From NCBI GenBank assembly GCA_964016885.1, contig OZ024741.1, positions 356,500,001 to 356,564,000 of the forward strand: a stretch of DNA of 64,000 nucleotides, read 5' to 3'. Shown here piece after piece: positions 13,011 through 26,187 of this stretch. Below the pieces are notes generated by a model. The model had not been told where the DNA came from and searched no databases. It worked only from the letters and a program-made list of their open reading frames with translations. This stretch comes from Eledone cirrhosa (taxonomy: Eukaryota). Every line of letters starts with the position of its first letter. The stretch's first letter is position 1. Position numbers and translations under genes: made by a program.

Positions 13011-14617
13011 CAAAAGTACCAGTCAAATACTGATGGGTGGCTAGGTCAAAGTAATCGACTTTCCCCTCCCTCCTTAATTACTGGCCTTGTGCTTAGATTA
13101 CAAGACATTATTACTTCATCTATCCTTATGGGGTCGATAAAATAAAGTACCAGTAATGTACTGGGTAATTGCTGGCCTTGTGCCAAAAAGTAGAAACAAT
13201 TATTACTTCATCTACCTGGCAAAATAAGTAAAACAAGTTTTACATGTCCCCTACACAAGCTAGAAGTTGATGAATACCTTTCCCTAATAGGATTCTTTAT
13301 ATCAAAAAATGTTAAGATTCCATATTTTGTTCAAGTTATAAATTCTAAATTCAAATGGAAATTACTGTATATAATATTACATATCTTTCATTTGTTGTGA
13401 AGAGAAATGGAATGAGACGGCTGGTTTATGTGTTGAGGAAGAATAAATGTGACTGGGGAGAGGAGAGGAGCGATGGGAATAGAACCAGTGATGAATGTTG
13501 TGAAAAGAAATGGAGTGAGATAGTTGAGTAATGTGTTGAGGAAGGATGAAAGTGACTAGGTGAGAGATGTGTAAGGAAGTAGAGAGAGGAAACCCCTCAG
13601 TAAGACATAGTTAAATATGATGGGGTAGGGATAGAAGTCAGGGCAGGGGATTGGTTAGAGGAAAGCAGAGGTTTGGGTAAAATAGAGAAGCTTGTCATGA
13701 TCCAGCAAGGCTAACTCCTGCATTAATAAAGAAAATGGCCTTATAACAATTGTTGCTGTATATCTTTCATTTATGCACAAGGAAGAATAGCAACATGGAA
13801 ATTACGAATTAAACCACTTTTTAAATATCATATATATTTTCTATGTTCATTGACATTATTACAATAAATAGATAATAATCATTTTAGATGTTTAACCTTT
13901 TCTGGAAGAGATTTAAACAATCCTGCTTGTGTATAGTGCTTCATAATAAAGCATTAAAAAAAAAAAATGCTCATTGAAAATATGTCTAACATAAATTACT
14001 ATAACATTCAGCTGATAACTATTTATGATACTGCTGGTGGTGGTAGTGGTGGTGGTGGTGGTGGTAAGGGTGGTGGATTAAGCCTAAAAATCTAATGATA
14101 AATGGGGGAGGGATAGAAAAATGTTATGGTTTAAAACAAAGGTTCTCAATGGGAGGCATATGCACCCCCAGGGGCCGTTTTGGAACTCCAGGGGGACGTT
14201 TGGGAGCAAGGGGGAATTAGGGGAGCATTTGGAGCTTTGGAGTGCACTGGAAGGCTCTTAACTTTGGTAAGTTTTATAAGCTATATTTGTTTGTCTTTGA
14301 GACAGCCAGTGTGAATGCATTTGAATGAGAATGCAGACAGCATAACTATGGTCTGACCGCAGCTGTGAGCAGGAGTGCAGGCGTGTTTAGACATTACCCG
14401 GCAATTGAGACCCTAACAATGGAAAAACCCACAGTTAACTGGGTCAAGGACACTTCAAGCGCAGCCAGTTAGAATCTTGTCTTTCCTTCACCGATAACAA
14501 TGTATTTCATGTCAGAAATTATTGACTCAACCATAACGAGTTAACACTATGTAGATCTATTTTATTTCCTATTGTATAAATAATATTACAAATAAAAAAA
14601 AGAAAAAAAATCCCAGA

Positions 14618-15016
14618 AGCGGGTAGCACACACATCTAGGACCACATACAACACATAATCAGATAATACACACATCTAGGACTACATACAACACATAAGC
14701 AGGTAATACACACATATAGGACCACATACAACACATAAGCAGGTAATACACACATCTAGGACCACATGCAACACATAAGGAGGTAGCACACACATCTAGG
14801 ACCACATACAACACACAGGCAAGTAATACATACATTTAGGACCACATACAACACATAAGCAGGTAATACAAACATCTAGGACCACATACAACACATAATC
14901 AGGTAATACATACATCTAGGACCACATGCAATACATAGCAGGTAATACATACATCTAGGACTACCTACAACACACAGGCAGGTAATACATACATCTAGGA
15001 CCAAATACAACACACA
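14618..15016. repeat. ~40-bp minisatellite, about 10 units, inside the hAT element
   Basis: Unit GCAGGTAATACACACATCTAGGACCACATACAACACATAA. Confidence 0.95.
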
Positions 15017-16079
15017 TTGTTTCATGTGCTACGGACGATGCAAGAGCAATGGTCGGCCAACATAAGGGTTTTGTCACTCTTCTGAAGAGAGAAAATCTTT
15101 CTGTATTTGTTGTTCATTGTATCATTCATCAACAACACTTGGCTGTGAAGAAACTCAGCAAGCCACTGAGCAAGTCCTTGCAGGTGGCCCTTTATGTCAT
15201 CAATTTTATAAAACGGCATTCCTTCAATGAACAAATTTTCCGGCAACTGTACCAAGATAATGACGAAGAATTCGCCAAGTTGATCCTTCATAATGAAGTG
15301 AGGTGGCTTTCAAAGGGCAAGTGCCTTACTCACTTCTTTGAACTGTTCGACTCTATCATTGAGTTTCTGCGAGGACGCAACACAGAACTGTACAAGAAAA
15401 CCCTCGATATGAGGCAAAACTGCGCCTACCTCACCGACATCGTTGACAAATGCATTATCGTCATTTTGGCTTTGCAGGGGAAGAAGATCACCTTGCTTAA
15501 ACAAGGAATGCTGTGAAAACATTCCTGGCCAAATTGAATGTCATCGAAAGGAATCTTTGTTGACGGGAATTCTATAATTTTCCTAGTGTCGCCAATGTTC
15601 AAAACATTGTAAGCGATAATCAACTCCAAATATATACCGTTCACCTCCGTGTGCTACAAGACAACATGAGAGAACGGTTTGTCGACCTTTTGCCGATGGA
15701 CATCCCAATGTGGGTAGCAGATCCCTTCATAGCTAACGTCGATGATTTGGACGTTATATTTCAGGAAGAATTCATTGAACTTCAAGCAGATGACATGATC
15801 AAAATTAGATTTCCCAAAATAGGTGAACCCCTTTTTTGGATGCAAGAGGAAATTTAGCGTCGATTTCCACACCTACATGCAGAGGCTAAGAGATTTGCTC
15901 TGCCTTTTCCAAGCTCATACTTAGTCAAGAGGAGGTTTGGTGCTGTTTCCAGACTGCACAGTAAGGCTCGCAACCGCTACAATGTAATTACATGTGGAGA
16001 TCTTCGGCTACATCTTACGAAAATCCAGCCTGACGTCAAAGAGTTAGCTAGACTCCATGAAGTTCAAGGGTCCCAGTGA
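15017..16079 (+). pseudogene. Buster-type hAT transposase, C-terminal part, frameshifted (ZBED5/SCAND3-like family)
   Basis: CATDDARAMVG, HCIIHQQHL, LHNEVRWLSKG and LPFPSSYLV motifs; frameshift near 15510 and stop near 15857. Confidence 0.9.
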
Positions 16080-17169
16080 AATGAGGTCAAAGTTAAAGTA
16101 AGTTGATTTATCCGAAAACTTAGATATGCTATTGTTACAAAGCAAACTAACAATTTTTTTTATTTGTAGTTGCAGTCTGACTGGACTGGAAACCATCTAT
16201 TACAATTCACTTACTCATTTGTTGTATATATTTTACGATTTACTAATAAATATACCCTCCTGCGTGGTCATGAAAACCCTCTTCCGTGGTCTCCAAGCTC
16301 ACAAAGCAGAGGTGACATCAAGTTAGATATCAACATTTATTCTGTCTTTTCATTAAAGGGAAAATTGGAAAGCTTTGAAATGATATAATTGCCACTTTCT
16401 TCCAGATAAGAGCACTCTTTGGATAGAGTTGCTCTTGTATAAATGTTCAAAATAGCTGGTATCGCCTGGTGGGAATATAACAAATTCAACTGGTCCTTAT
16501 TCATAAAAAAGAACATTTATGTTCCTTTTTTTGAAATTTATATATTCAGCTGCTTGCAATGGTATCTTTGAAATATTGTTAATCAATTTTTTAGTAATCG
16601 ACTGATATCAAAATGGAAAAATAGGGTAGGGGCGTTTCGTGATTTCGAGGGACAAAAGGGGGAGTTTGGCCTAAATGGGTTGAGAACCTGGGGTTTAAAA
16701 TAAGAAAGAAAGAAACAAAATAAACATGAAGAAATACAACAATTTTAAAGAACTCTGTATAAACCCAACTGACATTACATACCATAGAAATTTATATTCT
16801 AGTCCAAAGACAATTTCTATTTCTGAATAAGAAATATAAAAACTAATTGAGTTGTTGTTCTTATAAAAAAACAAAAACAGCTTCTCAGAGTCATTAGACT
16901 ATCAGATTATGTCTCATTACTGATTCCGGCTCTCTGCATTCTGAGTTCAAATACCACTAAGATCGACTTTGCCTGTCATATTTTCAGGGTTGATAAATAA
17001 AGTACCAGATCAAGGAGAGTGGATTAATGAAATTTTTAAAGCATTGAAGGTGGGGTGGGGGGCATCTCTTCCAGTTCTGAGCAATCTTAATTTAAATCTC
17101 ATTTCCTGTTATCAGAAAAGCAATCATGTTTCTGTCAAGAAATATCACCAACAGATAGTATCATAATGG

Positions 17170-17369
17170 TTTCTACTATAGGCACAAGGCCAACAATCTT
17201 AGGGGAGGAGAAAGTCGATTAAATTGACCCTAGTACATTACTGGTACTTTATTTTATCGACCCGTGAGGATGAAAGGCAAAGCTAATCTCAGCGGGATTT
17301 GAACTCAGAATGTAAAGTGCCGTAACTCTATGCTACAACGTATGGTGTCCAGCACTCTACTGATTCTGC
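17170..17369 (-). mobile_element. tRNA-derived SINE family A with 10-bp TSD ATCATAATGG
   Basis: Core GCCTTTCATCCT..GGGTCGATAAAATAAAGTACCAG and B box GAGTTCAAATCC; TSD at 17160-17169 and 17370-17379. Confidence 0.88.
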
Positions 17370-17739
17370 ATCATAATGGGAAAAAAACAGTCAAAATACA
17401 GTTTTCTTCATCTGATATCATCTCATAATTGTTAGCTTCTTTCCTTTCGTTTGTTAACTCTACATCCCGTAATGATTTAGCAGCAAATATCTAAAAACAA
17501 GTTTGTTAATTCAAATATTTGTAGTATCTTTACTGGTGGACAGGACGTTGTGAAAATGTGTAGTATTAGATAGAATAAAAACAAACTTTTTATGTGATGC
17601 TGTTTATGTATAAAACTGTTTTGTATCTTTCAAGAATGTCTTGCTGGTGTAGTTTCCTGTGATACAAGATTTTAAGTGTTAAAAAAAAATTACCATTTTT
17701 GAAAGATTGTCCATAGATTTTATTTGATGTCTTATTTTG

Positions 17740-17985
17740 CAATACTACCAGACAAGTCCAATACTATCAAAGATATCCATATCTGACATATCTAATATTA
17801 TCAGACAAATTCAATATTATTTGACATATCCAATATTATCGGGCATACCCAATATTATTAGACATTGAATATTATCAGAGATATCCAATACTATAAGATA
17901 TATCCAATACTATCAGACATATTCAATACTATCAGGTATATCGAATACAATTAGACCTATCCAATACTATCATGGGTATCCAATC
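17740..17985. repeat. ~21-bp degenerate minisatellite (CAATACTATCAGACATATC-like)
   Basis: About 11-12 tandem units. Confidence 0.85.
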
Positions 17986-18469
17986 CCTTTTGTAAGGTTC
18001 TAGAAAAAGAATTGAAGAAATAAAACGAAATACTTCTATTTTTGCCTTCTTAGTGTTTTGCTTTCTGATCTTGTTGAAATGCTCAGATCTATTTTCAGTA
18101 ACTAAGGTATTAGATTAAACTTCATCCTTTCTGGTTCAATTTTCCATCCATAAACTCTGCTAACAATTAAAAAGAGAATTCAGAATTGTCCCTAGCTTGG
18201 AATTATCTCTTCAACATAGTTCAGTTGTTTGCTTGTTTTTATAGTTTGTTCTTTTTCAAAATGTTTCTTTTTCTGATTATATTTATATAAGATTGTTATA
18301 TTGTTATAATATTGCCAGAAATATATAATAAAACACATTTACTGTTTGGTTTGGGTTGGTTTTCGCTTCAGTATATTTTATATTTCCATAATTAATTCAG
18401 CTGGCATTCAATATTTATCATTGATTGACCAACAGTTAAAAATATATATCTATATATATATATATATAT

Positions 18470-19201
18470 CTAAGGCGGGTAAAATTCCCGAGATCCATGG
18501 ACGAGTTCTCTCCAGCGGTCTCTGTCCCTCATTATCGCTGCCATGTCCTGCGTCTCCAACAGACCAGTGTCTGTCCTTAGGGCATCAACATACGTTAACC
18601 TTGGTCTTCCTCTTCTAGTGTGTCCATGTAGGGGCTCCCAAAGGAGCACTGAGTGCAATGTCAACTCTGGATGTCGGTGAGCATGTCCAGCTAACCTCAG
18701 TCTCCTCTGTGTCACTTTTGAGCTGACTTTTGGGATGCTCCCATACAGCTCTGAGTTTTTCATCCTCAGTGTATACTGATTAATGTTCAGAGCCATCCTC
18801 AGCATTCTCGTGTAGCACCCATCCACCATCTGAGTGAGTTTCTTGGTCAGTGTCCAAGTCTCAGACCCATACAGCAGCACAGACTCCACTACAGCAATGA
18901 AGAGGTGGATTTTCAGGTCTCTACAAAGGTCCGACTTCTACACCGATCTCAAGCTTGTGGCACGCCGCCCAGGCCTTGCTCTTCCTCTCAACCACATCAT
19001 CTTCCGTATTCCCAATCTTTGCTCCCAAAGGTTGGTTGAGACTGTGTAGATGAGTGTGGGGCTGAGAATGAATGAGACTAAAACAAAATATCTGGTAGAG
19101 AATGTTGAGAAGCCAGAGGGGATCACTAGTGTAGGCGGGAAGCCGCTAGAATTGGTTGAGGGCTTCCTGTATTTGGGAGCAAAGATTGGGAATACGGAAG
19201 A

Positions 19202-19205
<4 letters not shown>
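18470..19205 (-). mobile_element. 5'-truncated RTE/RTEX-like LINE with 5' inversion
   Basis: Minus 18470-19029 encodes ESVLLYGSETW...RLRLAGH...RGRPRLTY; plus 19030-19205 encodes the upstream GLRMNETKTKY...FLYLG; (TA)n on both sides. Confidence 0.9.
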
Positions 19206-19244
<39 letters not shown>

Positions 19245-19951
19245 CAGAGTTCTTTCATTACACACCTGTGGCATCATCAGTGATACTATTATGTTTCCTC
19301 CCGTTGTATTGCTGTAATGTTTTCTTATTCCATTCTATTTATTTATATAAGAAAATTTACTCAAAGATTTTTTTTATGGTGTTGTTGAAAAGAACCTTTT
19401 TGCTTCTATTCAAACCAGCAATTGACTATGATAAATAACATGCTGATAGCTACTATAGTATTTCATCTCATATCATAACTTTCCACAAAACACACTCATT
19501 AGGAAATATCATTATCACCATTTTATATCCCTTGTTCCATGGAGGCATAGGTTGGATTGGTTGTTATTGCTAGACAGAAACTGCAGGGAAGCTGCTTGTA
19601 AATATATATACATATGAGCAAGGCATGGTCAGCCGACCAGACACTGCCCACAACAGGACAACCCGTCTAATCCATGCTAGCGTGGAAGAACGAACGTAAA
19701 ATGGTGATGATGATGATGATGATGATATATATATATATATATATATTATGTAGATAAATCTACCAAGAGTTTACGGTAGTGTCCAATCCGTATGAAGAAC
19801 TCAATGTAATCCGGATATCATGGAAAGAAGAGATGCAATGAAAAATCACTTTCGGTGAAAGATAAACGGAATACAGAGTCAAGATAAAATATTAAAAAAA
19901 TAATGAATAAAACAATGAAACAGTTCCTTATATTAAACAAAAAAAGTTCAT

Positions 19952-20095
19952 TATTTAACGATCGTTTCTAGGATATATATGTGTTAGAATTGGCATGCAT
20001 ATTCAACAGATCTATGTACAAAATTATACAAAATTATACAAACTATCAAAATTAAATATACATACCAACACATATATATGCCGTCTTCAGAAATA
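19952..20095 (-). ncRNA. Type I hammerhead ribozyme motif with extended stem II
   Basis: TATTT-CTGAAGA-[13-bp stem ATATATATGTGTT/AACACATATATAT, ~80-nt loop]-GAAA-CGATCG-TT-AAATA. Confidence 0.65.
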
Positions 20096-20128
20096 TTTTA
20101 AAAATTTTTAATTTTTTTAATATTTTTA

Positions 20129-20184
<56 letters not shown>

Positions 20185-20252
20185 TACATGTGTGTGTGAA
20201 AAGTCAATGAAGAGAAAACAACACAGGAATGATACAGTACAATATGTTAATT

Positions 20253-20437
20253 GTTTCTACTTTTGGCACAAGGCCAGCAATTAACCAGTGTATTACTGGT
20301 ACTTTATTTTATCGACCCCGTAAGGATGAAAGGCAAAGTTAACCTCGGCGTGATTTGAACTCAGACCGTAAAGGGACGTAACTCGATGCTTCAAAGCATG
20401 GTGTCCGACCCTCTACCGATACTGCCAATCCACCGTC
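20253..20437 (-). mobile_element. tRNA-derived SINE family A
   Basis: Reverse complement of the 23885-24101 family. Confidence 0.88.
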
Positions 20438-21465
20438 CAATATAATAATATACGTTAGTTTAACACTTAATATAGTAGGAAAACAGTCTGAATGTTTCAG
20501 AAATTAGTCCTTGAACAGAAGATAAAATGATAGAAAAATAGATGAAAGGAAGAAACAGAAAAAATGGGGGATATATCATCATTACTGCTTAATATATATT
20601 TTCCATGCTTGCATAGGTTAGGCTAGACTGGTTAGATGATTAAGTATTTTTTTTGGTTTGGTTTCTACAGCTGGATGCCATTCTTAATGCCAACCACTTC
20701 ACAACATATACTGGGAGTTTTTCACCATGACTCTGGCATTACCACTTTGCAGGGTGGACTGGGAGCTTCTATCATGGCATCAGTACTACTTCATTATGAC
20801 ACTTAAATGCTTAGTGTACCAGGGAGGGGAGTGGGTTGGAGGTGGGCTATAAAAAAGCCCAGAGGAGCATTGATTATATGCTGATTGCCATTTATATACA
20901 CGTGTGTGTGTGCATGTGTGTGAGTGTGCATGTGTGTGTGTGTATGGGTGTGAGTGTGCATGTGTGTGTGTGTGTGTGTGTGCATGTGTATTTGTAGGAA
21001 CCATGCCAAGAAGGGCCAAAAGGACTCTTCAGTAATATTCAAGACCTCTCACTATGATAAAATGCATCCAGTACACTCTGTAAAAGGGTTGGCTCTAGAA
21101 AAGACATCCACCCAGAGAAACCATACTCCCAAAAGGATTGCAAGGACACTTCAGGTGTTCCAAGGATGGAACAACCTCCCTACTGCACGTACCACAATAA
21201 AATGCTCCCAATAAATTGTGTTATGTGGTTAGCATGAGGAAGGAGATTCAACTGCAGAAACCACCATGTCAAAACTTGAGTGGATGTAGGGCATGATGTC
21301 ATCTCCCCACACTGTCTCTTTAGAACAGTAACTCTGATTAAATACTGACTTGGTTGGTCTGTAATGACTCATCAAACCTATGCCAGCATGATAAAGTAAA
21401 CATAAAATGATGATTATATATCATCATCATTTTACAATATACATATATATATGTAATTGAGAATA

Positions 21466-21547
21466 GTCTTCTTCTTCTTCTTCTTCTTCTTCTTCTTCTT
21501 CTTCTTCTTCTTCTTCTTCTTCTTCTTCTTCTTCTTCTTCTTCTTCT
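21466..21547. repeat. (TTC)n microsatellite
   Basis: Direct observation. Confidence 0.98.
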
Positions 21548-21566
21548 CCTCCTCCCCCTCCTCCTT

Positions 21567-21618
<52 letters not shown>

Positions 21619-22272
21619 TTTCATATATGTATATATACATATACATATGCATACATTTATGTATATATATATATATATATAAATACAAATATAAATTATC
21701 GAGAATCTTATTTCGGCCTATGAAATAACGAAAAACAACCTCCGAGATGTGTGGCAAGTGCTCAATGGTTCAGAAGAACCAGAGCTACAACATACGTTAA
21801 AGGCCAAACACACTGAGACGATGGTTATACAATCATCCGCACAACCAAAAAAACGATCAAGTAATTCGGGTCAAACAAATAAAAATATATGTGATTGAAA
21901 ATATATGTGATTGAAAATATATGTGATTGAAAATTTACCCGTATATATATATGTATAAATGAAGTATTTCCGTCAGAAGGGTACAGGAGAAAAGGGCTTA
22001 TTAGTTATGTAATAAACATAAGATAATTATTTCATTTAGAAAGTATCATGTGAGAAAGTAGCCGTTTACGTACTTTTTAGTATATGTGCATAGTTGAGTG
22101 TGTGTATGTTTACGTTCTGGATATTTATATTTTTATATATATATTTTTATATATATATATCTTTTATTTTTCCCCCCCCTTTTTCCTTTTCACCCGTTTT
22201 TTTCAGCCTCACTTTCATATTTCCTAAATTTTGTTTTCAAATCCATATTTAATAAATACACCATGTTTTTTA

Positions 22273-22333
22273 TTCATTCTGACGACTGAAGACAGACACA
22301 ACATCTGTCTTCAAGAAACCACTGGTAAATGAA
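22273..22333 (+). ncRNA. Type I hammerhead ribozyme motif
   Basis: Stem I TTCATT/AATGAA, core CTGACGA, 10-bp stem II TGAAGACAGA/TCTGTCTTCA, GAAA, stem III CC-ACT-GG, triplet GTA. Confidence 0.8.
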
Positions 22334-22468
22334 GTAATTATCTTATGTTGTTTATTACATAACTATATAGATATATATATATATATATAGAAAGAGAAAT
22401 AATATCAACAAGACTAGAACTGTTTCATTTGAAATCATCTGGAAAATCAAATTATATCTATATATATG

Positions 22469-22770
22469 CAGTTGTTCTCCAGTATTTGCAGGGGTTACGT
22501 TCCTAGAGCATCCGCGAAGAGTGAAAAACCGTGAATATGGTCCATAAAAATGCTTACAAACGTCAAAACATAACATAAAATATAGGCCGGCAAATACGGT
22601 ATATTGTTATTAATAATTTAATGTTAAAAAGCGTAAAAAAATATATATTGCCATGAAAAAAGCCCCCCAAAATCACGGAAGATATTTATGATTCCACAAA
22701 TAAGCAGTGGTTTACGCGAACAATAATTTGTTGGGTTCTAAGGAAAATTCCACAAAAAACCAGGACTGCA
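22469..22770 (+). mobile_element. pogo/Tigger-like DNA transposon fragment
   Basis: Tigger-like terminus CAGTTGTTCTCCAGTATTTGCAGGGGTTACGTTCC and subterminal CCGYGAA repeats. Confidence 0.55.
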
Positions 22771-22776
22771 AATATG

Positions 22777-22951
22777 TATCATCATTTTATGTCCACTTTT
22801 CCTTGCTTGCAAGGGTGGGACGGGTCCTTTCCAGCACAGCATTTCTCCATTCGTTTCGGTCCTTCGTCATCTCCTGTGTGAACTTCAGCGATCTGAGGTC
22901 AGCTCTCACCACCTCCGCCCATGATTTTCGTGGTCTTCCTCTATTGCGTCT
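22777..22951 (-). mobile_element. 3' end of RTE-like LINE (family 2)
   Basis: [33 protein letters not shown]; 5' end abuts a TA tract. Confidence 0.9.
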
Positions 22952-22971
22952 TATATATGTATGTGTGTGTG

Positions 22972-23082
<111 letters not shown>

Positions 23083-23358
23083 TGATATATATATATCATC
23101 TTTATATAATAATCAATAATGTACAGTTCTCTGCTGATCTGCTGCTGATGAGATATTTCTGGCAATTGTATTTTTCAACATCTCACTTATTCAGAATTTG
23201 TATAGATTAAAGAACAAGATGAGGGTTATTGTTAAAAAATGTTTATTGCTTCCCCACAATTCTTTGATACCAGTCAGTGGATATTTCAGTTCTGCAAGCA
23301 CACCGACACACACATTCATACACATACATCTCTCTCTCTCTCTCTCATACACACACAC

Positions 23359-23404
<46 letters not shown>

Positions 23405-23884
23405 CAAATAAGATAGTAACAAAAATTCAACTCCCTCCAAATAGCTTGAAGCTCTTGTTTTCGGTAAAACTTATTCTAAGTTATATAATAAAAGATATAT
23501 GGTTCAATGGTATCTTCTTTTCTTTATGTTACACATTAATAATTTTGTTTACGCAAGGCAGCCAATTCTCTTCATATAAGCAAAGATTTGACAATGTTGC
23601 TTAACTTTCTAATCAAACATTCTTTCAATGGATTCCATTATCATCATCTTTATCATTAGTAGCAGAGCAGTATTATAACCATCAACAGCAGCAGCACCAT
23701 TGGTACCATCGTCCTTAGCATCAGTAACGGCCTTTTCATCATCACTATCATCAGCATTATAATCATCAACAGCAGCAGCACCATTGGTACCTCAGCAACA
23801 ATAACAGCCTCTTCACCATCACTATCATCAACAGCTGTAACAGTACTGTTGGCATCATCACTAACATTATAATTAGCAGCAGCA

Positions 23885-24101
23885 AGGGCAGTGGATTGGC
23901 AGTATCGGTAGAGTGTCGGACACCATGCTTTGCAGCATAGAGTTACGGCTCTTTATGATCTGAGTTCAAATCCCGCCGAGGTTAACTTTGCCTTTCATCC
24001 TTACACGGTCGATAAAATAAAGTACCAGTAATGCACTGGGGTCGATTTAATCGACTTTCCCCTCTCCCCAAGATTGCTGGCCTTGTGCCTATATAAGAAA
24101 C
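23885..24101 (+). mobile_element. Full-length tRNA-derived SINE family A with ~20-bp TSD
   Basis: A box TGGCAGTATCGG, B box GAGTTCAAATCC, conserved core; TSD CATTATAATTAGCAGCAGCA on both sides. Related copies at ~2141, 7830, 8935, 11600, 16895, 24660(-), 27595, 34034(-), 40030, 60930. Confidence 0.92.
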
Positions 24102-25011
24102 CATTATAATTAGCAGCAGCAGCAGCAGCATTAGCATCATCATCATCATCATCATGGTATCTAACGACACCAAGAAGGTGCTTGTTATTTTTACAGTATT
24201 TATGAAAAGATTGTTTGGCACGGATTGCAACTGACAGGTAACTTTGTGAGACATCCTGAAAAAATAGCCTCTAATCTAGTTTTATGGCAACCAACACAGG
24301 CAGAATAACTGTGGGCAACAACCCATTAACTTCATTGACACACTTCAAAAAGACATTGAATTGAAGACTTTATTGGGAATATGAACAGTAATGATGGATC
24401 AAGACAACTGGCACAAGTTTGCAGATTCAATTTGAGGATTGACTAAGATGAACAGAATCACAGGCTACTGTAGCAGCAAGAGTATGAGCTCTGTAGTTTG
24501 TCACAATTTAATAAACTATAACTGCATCTTCAACAATAGTTCAACCCATCTATTCAGTTTGCTATCTAAGGGATAACATTTTCATCTGCTAACAGAAAGA
24601 TATTCTGCTCATGATACAACCTTCAAAATTTGAAAGTTTCCTGCTCCAGGATATAAATTAATTTCTAATTTAGGCAAAAGGCCAGCAAATTTGGGGGAAG
24701 GGCAAAATTGATTAAATCAACCTCCCTACTTGACTGGTACTTTATTTTATCAACCCTGGAAGAATGAAAGACAAGTTGATTTTGGCAGGATTTGAATTTA
24801 AAGAACCAGAACATATACTGCAATAGCAATTATGTGAATCCACCATCCTTAACTCCAAGTTATGTATTAGTTTTATGTCTCAAGGAGGTTTTAACTTCAA
24901 AATTACACATTGAAACCCCTAATGTTTGAAAAGGAATTTCATGCTTTAGAAGATATATTACTTTTATAGCCAGTTTCCGGCTCTAAGGGACATATTGAAA
25001 CCTATGCTGTT

Positions 25012-25240
25012 TAACCCTTTTGATACCAAACCACCTGAAATTACCCCCAGTTCTATGATACATGTATCAATCTAAAAACTTTCTACAATAATTTTATGTA
25101 AGAACTTTTCTCAAGTTACCATCAGATAAATAATAAGAAAGTTACATTACTGAATCTTTCCAAATTCTTGATTATTTTCAAAATTATTTGAAAATCACAT
25201 GCTGTATCTTTCAATAGAAATACGTTAATGAAAGAGTTAA
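25012..25240. mobile_element. TTAA-flanked MITE family A
   Basis: TTAACCCTTTTGATACCAAACC...AATGAAAGAGTTAA; related copies at ~8100-8322, 48678-48905, 48927-49175, 60070-60288, 60538-60918, 61190-61625. Confidence 0.75.
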
Positions 25241-25971
25241 AGGATGTTTTCTGATTGAAGTGATATATTGCAACCTTTGATATGTAAAAGTAATTTCTTG
25301 CATTAGAATATATATTACAAATTTCAATGTTTTAAGGTTTCCTGCCCAGAGAGATATATTGCCATCATTGATGTTTTGAGAAGGTTTCCAGCTCCCCCCC
25401 CCCCCCCCAAAAAAAACCTTTCATGTTTTATGGAAGTTTCCCACACAAGCAGATAATTTATACAACCTTCAATCTTTCAAAAGAGGTCTGCTGCTGTTGG
25501 TACAATTTTCAATATTTGAAGGAAGTTTTGCATTTTAGAAGATATATTACAGCCTTCACTGTTCTAATGAAGGTTTCCAGCTCAATTAGGCATAGTACAA
25601 CCTTTCATATGCTTAAAGGAGGTCTTCTGCCTTCAAATACAGGTTGCAATTTTCAATAATTAAAGGAGGATTACTGGTCTAGAGGGCATATTACAACATT
25701 GAATGTTTACGTGAGGTTTCCTGTTCTAGAAAATAGGTGACAACTTTCAATGCTTGAAGGAGGTTTCCTGCTCTAGAAAAAGATAGGTTACAATAGCCAA
25801 TGTTTGAAGGAACAAAGTTCTTGAAATGTATTGATCTTAAAAAAAAAGAAAGAAAGGGGCCAATCATCAGATCAGACCAAAGAAACCCTGTTTTTATCAG
25901 TCACTCTACCAGCCATTTGTAACTCCTAGTAGAAAGATCATAAAACATTTTGAGCTGTAATATGTAATAAG

Positions 25972-26187
25972 GGGGGTGGATTGGCAGTATCGGTAGAGCA
26001 TTGGACAACATACTTTGCAGCATAGGCTTACATCCCTTTATGATCTGAGTTCAAATCCTGCCGAGGTTATCTTTGCCTTTCATCCTTATGGGGTCGATAA
26101 AATAAAGTACCAGTAATGCACTGGGGTCGGTTTAATTGACTTTCTCCTCCCCAAAAATTGTTGGCCTTGTGCCTAAATCAGAAACCA
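25972..26187 (+). mobile_element. tRNA-derived SINE family A
   Basis: Homologous to 23885-24101; approximate TSD AATATGTAWTA. Confidence 0.9.

Larger units (their letters stand above)
14137..16692 (+). mobile_element. hAT DNA transposon, Buster/Charlie group, defective
   Basis: TIRs CAAAGGTTCTCAA / TTGAGAACCTGGG (11/13 match); identical 8-bp TSD GTTTAAAA at 14129-14136 and 16693-16700 with central TA; internal transposase relic. Confidence 0.93.

Noticed and set aside
14618-15016. CRISPR-like periodicity
   Set aside because: Whole units repeat with no unique spacers; eukaryotic context; no cas genes
21427-21624. Poly-Glu / poly-Phe ORFs
   Set aside because: (TTC)n microsatellite
23885-23980. 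tRNA gene
   Set aside because: A and B boxes belong to multi-copy SINE heads with TSDs; no complete cloverleaf
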